Assembly: GCA_016839785.1 (NCBI GenBank) | Contig: JAEOTQ010000217.1 | Location: 1-11,071, forward strand | Length of the DNA stretch: 11,071 nucleotides | Reading direction: 5' to 3' | Source: Candidatus Hodarchaeota archaeon | GTDB taxonomy: Archaea; Asgardarchaeota; Heimdallarchaeia; Hodarchaeales; Hodarchaeaceae | In this document: in pieces, positions 1 to 6,952 of the stretch | Numbering within the stretch: position 1 is the first letter of the stretch | Layout: every line of letters starts with the position of its first letter | Notes under the pieces: generated by a model | Databases searched by the model: none | What the model saw: only the letters and a program-made list of their open reading frames with translations | What the model was told of the DNA's origin: nothing | Made by a program: the position numbers and the translations under genes

Positions 1-93
1 ATGACTCAATTGAAAAAATAGAGTCTTTGGTTGATGTAACCTAACAATTTCACTTTTAAATCAAATATCCCTAAGATTTCTTGCACCCACGGT

Positions 94-858
94 TTAGGAA
101 TTCCAGATATTTATATCTAATTTATTGATTAGATTAAATGTATGCTCAGGAAAAAACACATTCTTTCCCCGTCTATAATTTGAAGACAATAACTTCATGA
201 TATATCGAACGGATTTTAAATCTTCAAAATTATCAATATCAGTAACTTCAGGTAAAATGTGAACGTCTGACTTACTTAGCAAAAGATCCATGGCACTTCC
301 GAGTTCCCCGAATGTGTCAGTTTTCTGAAAAATGGATCCAATTTCATCGATATAGGGTTCATTATGTCCTAGTAAGTAGAATCCTCCATTTTGTGAAGGC
401 CCGAGAACTGAATTTTGAGAATCGGATCGTAATATTTCGATAGCAGTCTGAATAAGACTTGGTTGAATATGTGGTGTATCTGAACCTATAATTAATGCTG
501 AATGTAAATCGAGATTTTGAAAAACATACTTAAAAGTATTTTTAAAACGATCAACAAACGTAAATCCTCTCTGTGAAATACAATGGAACGTGGACACTAA
601 TTCTTGATTATCCTGGGTTAAAGGTTCAATGATCAGCTTTTCAAAAGTTGATTTCGCCTGTTCTGGATGATAAGCAATTATAGGAATAACTTCTCCTTGA
701 AGAATTCTCAACGCTTTTAACGTGTCTATTAACATTGCAGTTTGTAATTGTGATGGAAAATCAGGCAATAGGTGGGGGTGTTGGAGTCGAGTCTTTACGA
801 AACCTGGTTGAGGAACTTTGGTAAAAACAATTAGTCCTATTGATTCGTTAGAAACTAT
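94..858 (-). CDS. DUF2064 / TIGR04282-family GT-A-fold (CofC-like) transferase; probable ATA start at 858
   Basis: The frame is open upstream of the supplied TTG (768) and encodes the family N-terminal motif LIVFTKVPQPGFVKTRL. Internal motifs are QRGxxFxDR, IIGSDTP, VLGPSxNGGFYLLG and DIDxxEDL. No ATG/GTG/TTG lies upstream of the N-terminal motif before the in-frame TGA at 901-903. GGAGG lies 7 nt before the ATA at 858. Confidence 0.85.
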   Translation of the reverse strand: MVSNESIGLIVFTKVPQPGFVKTRLQHPHLLPDFPSQLQTAMLIDTLKALRILQGEVIPIIAYHPEQAKSTFEKLIIEPLTQDNQELVSTFHCISQRGFTFVDRFKNTFKYVFQNLDLHSALIIGSDTPHIQPSLIQTAIEILRSDSQNSVLGPSQNGGFYLLGHNEPYIDEIGSIFQKTDTFGELGSAMDLLLSKSDVHILPEVTDIDNFEDLKSVRYIMKLLSSNYRRGKNVFFPEHTFNLINKLDINIWNS

Positions 859-1582
859 GAGTAGGCCTCCAGAAAAATAAAATTTTGATATAAGTAATGG
901 TCATAATTAATGCAGCTTTGAAGGCGTTTGTGATATTGCCAGAAATTTTACTCTCTCCTTTTGTACGTTGACTATAACTGACAGGTAGTTCAATGTGATT
1001 AATGCCTGATTTTAGTATTTTCGCTGACATCTCCATCGTCCATCCATAACTAGGAGTATTCATTTCAAGCATACATAATGTCTTCCATGTGACAATACGA
1101 AGAGGACCAAGATCAGTAATTTTTTGGTTATAAGTAAAAGAAAGAAGTAATGAAAAAAAACGATTTGCCACGCGTGCTAAGACACCAAGCCTACCTCTTG
1201 AAGATTGTTGGATCATTCTAGATCCCTGACAATATTGTATTTTACCGTGGAATACACCATTAGCTACCTTAGGGATATCATTTACTATACTCTGACCATC
1301 CCCATCAAAAAAACAAATTACTTTGGGTTTTTCAATTAGTGAACTCAAATGATTTATCGCCGCAAGACAAGCATTACCATATCCTAAGCGATTTTCATGA
1401 ACAACAGTCACTCCTGCATTCTGGGCAATATTTCTTGTTTGATCTGTCGATGCATTATCAACTACGATTATATTATGTGTGATAGAGGATTGTAGCTGTT
1501 TTAATAATCCAGGAAGTGTATCCTCCTCATTATGAGCTGGAATGATGACAAATAAATCTTTCATTGTATATTTTGGAGTCAT
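848..1582 (-). CDS. Glycosyltransferase family 2, DPM1-like (polyprenyl-phosphate sugar synthase type)
   Basis: Motifs IIPAHNEE, VVDNASTD, GYGNAC, DxD (FFDGDG), GSR, DLGPLR, YGWTMEM and GESKISG. AAGGA lies upstream of the ATG. Confidence 0.9.
   Translation of the reverse strand: MTPKYTMKDLFVIIPAHNEEDTLPGLLKQLQSSITHNIIVVDNASTDQTRNIAQNAGVTVVHENRLGYGNACLAAINHLSSLIEKPKVICFFDGDGQSIVNDIPKVANGVFHGKIQYCQGSRMIQQSSRGRLGVLARVANRFFSLLLSFTYNQKITDLGPLRIVTWKTLCMLEMNTPSYGWTMEMSAKILKSGINHIELPVSYSQRTKGESKISGNITNAFKAALIMTITYIKILFFWRPTHSF
866..870 (-). promoter_or_regulatory. Shine-Dalgarno GGAGG for the ATA start of the DUF2064 gene
   Basis: The minus strand reads GGAGG-CCTACTC-ATA-GTT, inside the 3' end of the GT2 gene. 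Confidence 0.6.
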
Positions 1583-1606
1583 CTTAATTCCTTGATCTCA
1601 ATTCTA

Positions 1607-2662
1607 CTAGATTTGAAAGGGTGTGGAGGATGGAATTGGTTGATTAAACCGTTTGTAGACAATGAATGAGGCACACCAGTTTCCTAGAATCATTAGGAAC
1701 GTGGCAACGAGGGATGAAATTCCTAGTTCAGGGATACCCCCCAATATATGTCCAAAATTACATCCTAGAGCTAGCATAGCCCCAAAGCCTAGAATAAATC
1801 CTCCACTTGAGAATTTTACAAAATCCCAAATTGATGGTATTTTCAACTTGAATTCTCTAACTTCTAGGGATGAAATAAAGGAACCACTTATCATTCCCAC
1901 AATGAAAAAACCTGCCCAGCCGATTGTATCAGAATCGACAAGGTTCAGAAATCCTGCCAGAGCTTGAAAAAGTTCACCTATTCCATCGGTGGTTGAAAAA
2001 CCAAATGCTCTGCCTGTGGGTGTTGAGGTTATTCTTGCTCCAATTCCAAGAAATCCAAGTACAATTCCTGTAATAAGAGGTGGCCATTGAGGACGTAGGT
2101 GGGTTAATTTTGTTGTTTTATCTCTCTGAAACAGAATAAAAATGACCAAGAAAATGAGAGAAAGAATAGTCCAACCCCATCTAGGAAATAAAAGTTCTAA
2201 GGAAGGAATTTCGCCGTCTATAAACCAATTAGTACCTGTACGCAAATCGTTAACAATAGTTTTAAACGGGTCAATAACTACGATCCCTACTCCAAGGCCA
2301 AATCCAATAAAAGCAAGTAGAGATTTTATTGATCCTTCTCCTATCCGATAACAGGTTCCCCCTGCGCACCCGTCAGCAATTACTGTTCCCATTCCAAAAA
2401 TAAAAGATCCTAGAGGAAGTAACAGTAGTGAAAACGGTATAGGATTGGATACGAAGTCTGAACCTGGTAAAAGTTCAAGAGCTTGATACCCTATTAATTC
2501 TACTAGTATAGTTATAAGTAGGGCTGACGCTAGCTCGGAGTTTTTAATAAATAGCAAATTACGAAACGCAGTGTTGGCGCACATTCTTCCTCTTTGAAGC
2601 ACCAATCCAGTTGTTAAACCGATAATAAGAGCACTAAAAATATTGAAAAGGGGGATAGCCAT
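1607..2662 (-). CDS. yeeE: YeeE/YedE (TsuA-like) thiosulfate/sulfur-compound transporter
   Basis: Multi-pass hydrophobic protein with the three characteristic Cys motifs (LQRGRMC, FGMGTVIADGCAGG, GFGAMLALGCNFGH) and an internal duplication of the Sulf_transp-type repeat. Confidence 0.9.
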   Translation of the reverse strand: MAIPLFNIFSALIIGLTTGLVLQRGRMCANTAFRNLLFIKNSELASALLITILVELIGYQALELLPGSDFVSNPIPFSLLLLPLGSFIFGMGTVIADGCAGGTCYRIGEGSIKSLLAFIGFGLGVGIVVIDPFKTIVNDLRTGTNWFIDGEIPSLELLFPRWGWTILSLIFLVIFILFQRDKTTKLTHLRPQWPPLITGIVLGFLGIGARITSTPTGRAFGFSTTDGIGELFQALAGFLNLVDSDTIGWAGFFIVGMISGSFISSLEVREFKLKIPSIWDFVKFSSGGFILGFGAMLALGCNFGHILGGIPELGISSLVATFLMILGNWCASFIVYKRFNQPIPSSTPFQI

Positions 2663-2679
2663 TTTTCATCATATTTCCT

Positions 2680-2687
2680 AAAAAAAA
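2680..2687 (-). terminator. Possible archaeal oligo-T terminator (T8) between the larA-like gene and yeeE
   Basis: A8 on the + strand is T8 on the - strand, about 25 nt after the larA-like stop. It could be chance in AT-rich DNA. Confidence 0.25.
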
Positions 2688-2712
2688 TCTGTCTGAAAAC
2701 TCACTAAATTAC

Positions 2713-4083
2713 TCATTTATCTTTAGCTAATAAATTATAATCTTCAAAAACCACAATTTTAGATTTTGGATTATCAGCGATAAACTTAGTGACGAACTTT
2801 CTCAAGTTCTCCTCAGGAGACAAGTTAAAAGGCAGGGTATTTATTCTAAAAACGTCCTTCATTAATTTAGCGTCAAGAAATGACGAATACAAATGTAGAT
2901 TACCCTGAGTAAACTCTAAAATCCGAAAAAGATCGACTGCATTTTGTATACCAATTTCAAAAGTTGTCGGGGAGCATTTATTTCTAATAACCCATTGCAT
3001 GGCTTCTCTATATGATTTATCTCTCACTTCTTGCATAGTTTCCAAGTATTCATCTGGCCCAATTCCTTCAGGACAACCAGCAAGTAAAAGGATGGCACCC
3101 CCTAGTTTTACGGCATGACTGGCGGCATTAAGGCCTTTTCCAGCCTGATAGTAGTTTACAGAAGGTTTTCCAATAATCACAAGATCTCCACGTTTCTGCA
3201 ATTGAACATCTCTAATTTTAGAAAGGGATGTCAATGCATGTTCATGGATCGTCAGAGGGTCTCCAGCAAAAATATCAACGAATTTTCCTTTATCCAGTAT
3301 TGCATCTATTACGAAAATTGGCACAGAATGTGTCTTTTGGATTGAGGAAACAATTTCCCGAATATCTTGGATTGCTACATTCCCCTCGATATTCCCCATC
3401 CTACATTCTTGTTTGAATCCATAATCCAAGTCAAATATCTTAGAATGGTTAACCCGAACAGTTTTTCTACCGCTTACTCCAGGTAAAATCAGTTTGACTG
3501 ACCCTGCTACTCCTGCGAAATAATGATATTCTGAATCAGATAAAGGAATGACAATATCACTTTCTAAAATTCGTTTATCTACTAATATTGGTGTTTTAGC
3601 TGATGAAAATCCTAGATCCACGTGAAAACTGTTAGCATCACAGTCGTGAACCCATACTCGATTTTTCCATTCTGAATATAGATCACCAAGAATATGTGCT
3701 TGTATTTGAGAGTCTGTAGGTGGTTGATGAGTACCAGTAGCTATCAAGACTCGAATATCTGACTTTTTCACTCCAAGTTTTAACAACTGATCTTCAATTA
3801 GTGGGAGGAGAGTTTTCGTATGGATATTTGGACGAGTGTTATCGTCAACAAGAACGGTAATTGTATGATTTTTGTAGTGGTTACTTATCAGGTCGCTTAA
3901 ACTTGGAGAATTAAAAGGTTTTTCCAAGGAATGAATCAATTTTTTATGAATATCATTTTCAGACAAGTACACCGTTTTTGGTACTTGGAGATACTCACAC
4001 TCTACATCTCTAGGTATAAAATTAACAATTTTTTCCTTTTCGTAGAAAATTGGGGTGTCATGGAAGTTATCTGACTTATTCAT
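2713..4083 (-). CDS. larA: LarA-family (DUF2088) nickel-pincer-nucleotide-dependent racemase/epimerase
   Basis: Motifs VDDNTRP, IATGTH, VHD, HYFAGVAGSVKLILPGV, VNH and YQAGKG match the LarA catalytic and cofactor-binding motifs (Asp/Arg, two His, cofactor-binding Lys, Ni-His, YQxxK). Substrate cannot be determined from sequence. The ATG overlaps the upstream stop (ATGA). Confidence 0.88.
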   Translation of the reverse strand: MNKSDNFHDTPIFYEKEKIVNFIPRDVECEYLQVPKTVYLSENDIHKKLIHSLEKPFNSPSLSDLISNHYKNHTITVLVDDNTRPNIHTKTLLPLIEDQLLKLGVKKSDIRVLIATGTHQPPTDSQIQAHILGDLYSEWKNRVWVHDCDANSFHVDLGFSSAKTPILVDKRILESDIVIPLSDSEYHYFAGVAGSVKLILPGVSGRKTVRVNHSKIFDLDYGFKQECRMGNIEGNVAIQDIREIVSSIQKTHSVPIFVIDAILDKGKFVDIFAGDPLTIHEHALTSLSKIRDVQLQKRGDLVIIGKPSVNYYQAGKGLNAASHAVKLGGAILLLAGCPEGIGPDEYLETMQEVRDKSYREAMQWVIRNKCSPTTFEIGIQNAVDLFRILEFTQGNLHLYSSFLDAKLMKDVFRINTLPFNLSPEENLRKFVTKFIADNPKSKIVVFEDYNLLAKDK

Positions 4084-4721
4084 TTTGTTAGATTCCTGAT
4101 TATTTGAGATTGAAAATCCATTGAAATTCCTATCTTGCTGAGGTACTGACTAATCCCTCCAAAATCGTGAACAATATCTAAGATTTTTTCAATTAGTTCA
4201 TGTTTCATGTTTGATCCAGATACTAAGTAATCCTCAATAATTTTTTCACGAGGTGAGTCTAGGAGAAGGTGAATCAGAGCAAAAATAATTCCAGTTCTAT
4301 CCATTCCTATCAAACAATGTATAATAATAGGATAATTCTCCTTCTCTGAAAGGATAGTAAATAATTCTTTAAGTCTATCACCTTCATTCTTCAATACCCA
4401 AGAATAATACTTTATATTATCTCTTCCATCCATTCTAGCGTCTATCTCATCTGAAACAAGCTTTATATTTCTGTACACGATGTTCTTCAAGATTTTGGGA
4501 GAATAAGTCCTTTTATTAATATCTATAATATTTCTAAGATCGATAATTGTCTTTATCCCTTGATCATCGAACCAGTTTCTCAATAGGGGATCGTTTTCGT
4601 ATGCAGATAAGTCTGAGGAGCGAAAAAGCATGTTAGATTTGATTATTGGCTTTGAATATTGTGAAACATCTCTTAAATTTCGGAATTTGGGTAAATCTTT
4701 GGTGAAATCGTCTTTTTTCAT
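4080..4721 (-). CDS. Tyrosine-protein/lipid phosphatase family (Y_phosphatase3, MptpB-like), 213 aa
   Basis: Motifs NLRD, LFRSS, IKTIIDLR, CX5R P-loop IHCLIGMDRTG and IIEDYLVS. The start is placed at ATG 4721 (MKKDDF), preceded by GGAGTGA, rather than at TTG 4787. Confidence 0.88.
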   Translation of the reverse strand: MKKDDFTKDLPKFRNLRDVSQYSKPIIKSNMLFRSSDLSAYENDPLLRNWFDDQGIKTIIDLRNIIDINKRTYSPKILKNIVYRNIKLVSDEIDARMDGRDNIKYYSWVLKNEGDRLKELFTILSEKENYPIIIHCLIGMDRTGIIFALIHLLLDSPREKIIEDYLVSGSNMKHELIEKILDIVHDFGGISQYLSKIGISMDFQSQIIRNLTK

Positions 4722-4807
4722 ATTATTATCACTCCATTCTTTCTCTCTCAAAAAGCTTATCAACCACGGAAAATACTTCACCTTCAACTTCTTTCATGGT
4801 GATAAAA

Positions 4808-5200
4808 ATGGTAGTAGTCTTTGTTCCCTATCCCTGTGGTACAATTTTTTCAATAATCTTAATCATTGGAGGAATTTTATCCCTTCCAGCTGATCCAGAG
4901 GGTGGTTTCAGCATGATAATTTTCGGAATAATCGTTCTAGCAATAAATCAAGCCATAGTTGGCTCTAGTCGATCTAGAGGGATACCAGTAAGTGGGAGAG
5001 GATCCGTTATACATAATAGGGCATATTCGACGGGAAATGGCAATGCTCTGAGGTCTTTCTGTCCAAAATGTCGTATTGAGTATACCACAACAAATCAAAA
5101 TAGTCTCTGTCCTAACTGTCAGGTTCCCTTAAAAACAAAACCAACATCATATTTGGATCTAAAGGAAGAGAAAAAGCCATTTTATTTTGAAAATCAGTAA
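4808..5200 (+). CDS. Small membrane protein with C-terminal zinc ribbon
   Basis: Two hydrophobic N-terminal helices, a Ser/Arg/Gly linker, then CPKC...CPNC. ATG 4808 is preceded by GGTGA; the alternative ATG is at 4796. Confidence 0.75.
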   Translation: MVVVFVPYPCGTIFSIILIIGGILSLPADPEGGFSMIIFGIIVLAINQAIVGSSRSRGIPVSGRGSVIHNRAYSTGNGNALRSFCPKCRIEYTTTNQNSLCPNCQVPLKTKPTSYLDLKEEKKPFYFENQ

Positions 5201-5258
5201 AAAAGAGAGAGGAAACATTAATTTACTTGATTTTCCTTGTACTGGGTTGGTGTAACTA

Positions 5259-6671
5259 ATGGTAGACACTTTGATTACAAATGGAATTCTGCTTACAATT
5301 GACAATAAAAGGAGAATTATATATAATGGAGCTATTGCAATTGATAAAGGGCGAATTCTTGATATTGGCACCACCAAAGCTCTAGAATCTACATATAGTT
5401 CGGACATTGTTATCGATGCAGTGAACAAAGTGGTGATGCCAGGCTTAATTGACACCCATGGGCATGCTGGTCATAGTTTAGTCAAAACCGTTGCTGAGAA
5501 TACAAGAGATGATTGGATACCAATTATGGAAACGTTCTATAGGGAAGCGACGACACCAAAATATTGGTACATTGATGGAACCCTATCTGCCCTAGAACGT
5601 CTGAAATTTGGTGTAACCTGTGGTCTATCCTATTTAGGATCTTCTGCACGTACCGACGATTCTGTATATGCACTTCAGCACATCAAGGGTATCAGAAAAA
5701 TTGGGATCAGAGATATAGTAGCTGTTGGACCTGCAAAACCCCCTTATCCTAATACGTATGTGAAGTGGGAAAATAATCTCCCATTACAAATACAGGCATC
5801 TTTTAATCATAATTTAGAGGTTACGGAACAAATTCTTTTAAAAATTCGAAGTGAGAAGGATGACCAACTTGATATCACTATGTCACCACCTACCTTGACA
5901 GTAGGGGGTATTCAAGACGTTCCTGAACTCAGAGAAGAGATCGAGTCCATGCAAGAAATGATTGAGAAGTGGAATATGAAATTACATACTCATGCATATA
6001 CTGGACAAATAAAAGTTGCTCATGAAGAGCTTGATCTTCTGGGGTCACATGTAAGTCTAGCTCATTGCACTGGATTGTCAAAGGAGGAAATCCAGATATT
6101 AGCTGATACGGATACTAAAGTTTGTCATTCTCCAAGTGCACGTAGTATAATTCCGATCCGTTGTCCAGTTGTTGAATTATTAGATGCGGGAGTAACAGTA
6201 GCTATCTCTACTGATGGATCAGCACCTGATAGGACATTTGATCTATTTAAGGAGTTGCGTCAGGCAATGAGTTTACAACGACATTTCTTTAAAGATGAAA
6301 ACATTATGCCACCAGGAAAAGTGATTGAAATGGTGACAATAGATGCGGCTAAAACCTTAGGTTATGAGAAAGAACTAGGCTCGCTTGAAATTGGAAAAAA
6401 AGCAGATATAATTCTCATCGATATGATGAAACCTCATTTAGTACCGTTTTTTATGATTCCACATAGAATTGCCTATGAGGTTTCAGGACAGGATGTAGAT
6501 ACCGTTCTTATTAATGGAGAAGTAAAAATGGAAAATGGTAAGGTATCACATGTAAATGAGCTAAATATTCTACAGAAAGCACAGGAAGAAGCCCAAGCGG
6601 CAATATCAAGAGGTGGTCTTGAAAAATATTTGGACATCCCAAAGGATTTTTGGGGACATACAAGATATTGA
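5259..6671 (+). CDS. Metal-dependent amidohydrolase (MTA/SAH deaminase / AtzA-TRZ-like superfamily branch)
   Basis: Motifs MPGLIDTHGH, HTH, LAHC, HSP, STDG, MVTIDAAKTLG and GSLEIGKKADIIL. Confidence 0.92.
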   Translation: MVDTLITNGILLTIDNKRRIIYNGAIAIDKGRILDIGTTKALESTYSSDIVIDAVNKVVMPGLIDTHGHAGHSLVKTVAENTRDDWIPIMETFYREATTPKYWYIDGTLSALERLKFGVTCGLSYLGSSARTDDSVYALQHIKGIRKIGIRDIVAVGPAKPPYPNTYVKWENNLPLQIQASFNHNLEVTEQILLKIRSEKDDQLDITMSPPTLTVGGIQDVPELREEIESMQEMIEKWNMKLHTHAYTGQIKVAHEELDLLGSHVSLAHCTGLSKEEIQILADTDTKVCHSPSARSIIPIRCPVVELLDAGVTVAISTDGSAPDRTFDLFKELRQAMSLQRHFFKDENIMPPGKVIEMVTIDAAKTLGYEKELGSLEIGKKADIILIDMMKPHLVPFFMIPHRIAYEVSGQDVDTVLINGEVKMENGKVSHVNELNILQKAQEEAQAAISRGGLEKYLDIPKDFWGHTRY

Positions 6672-6717
6672 TGAAATTGTGTAAATGCTAATGTCAACGT
6701 TAACTATAGTATGAAGC

Positions 6718-6875
6718 ATCGGAAACAATGAGTCGAGATATCTTTGTTACTATTATTCAGTACCTACTCCTATTCACTATTTATTAACTAAACACAATAT
6801 AAGTGATGAAAAGGGGATTAGGAATTTGAATAAACGGGATTTAAATACTCGAGCTGTGCATAGTGCGTTTTCGAT
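6718..6875 (+). repeat. Long imperfect inverted repeat / hairpin filling the intergenic region
   Basis: Nested complementary blocks centre near 6793: ATCGGAAAC(6718)/GTTTTCGAT(6875), TCGAG(6733)/CTCGA(6852), TTATTCAG(6753)/TTGAATAA(6833), CCTA(6763)/TAGG(6822) and TCACT(6774)/AGTGA(6806). Confidence 0.5.
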
Positions 6876-6885
6876 AGACTTGGAC

Positions 6886-6899
6886 AAAGAATTTTTATT
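6886..6899 (+). promoter_or_regulatory. Putative BRE + TATA box upstream of the methyltransferase gene
   Basis: AAAGAA-TTTTTATT lies about 20-60 nt upstream of the candidate starts (6917/6953). Confidence 0.3.
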
Positions 6900-6952
6900 G
6901 TAATTCTCAATAATTAATGATAAGATCAGAAATCTATAGCAACGGGAACACA

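Noticed and set aside
1-25. GACTC...GAGTC short hairpin and a possible 3' end of a + strand gene (TAG at 19-21)
   Set aside because: It is too short to support at the window edge.
848-900. Programmed +1 frameshift fusing GT2 to DUF2064 at the T-rich TTTTATTTTTC tract
   Set aside because: This is formally possible because the frame is open, but a well-spaced GGAGG-ATA is a simpler explanation. It is not excluded.
1662-2351. Plus-strand ORFs 1662-1967 and 2142-2351
   Set aside because: They are antisense shadows of the well-supported yeeE gene and have no recognisable motifs.
3115-3416. Plus-strand ORFs 3115-3345 and 3228-3416
   Set aside because: They are short antisense shadows inside the larA-like gene.
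4630-5455. ORFs 4630-4893 (+) and 5159-5455 (-)
   Set aside because: They overlap better-supported genes and have no motifs.
6669-6875. SECIS element or selenoprotein readthrough, prompted by the 3' hairpin, TGA-TGA stop and YedE
   Set aside because: No in-frame TGA aligns with a conserved Cys position in any gene, and the readthrough products look non-coding.
6672-6952. Cobalamin riboswitch upstream of the methyltransferase
   Set aside because: No B12-box-like GCCACTG with the matching conserved elements could be found.
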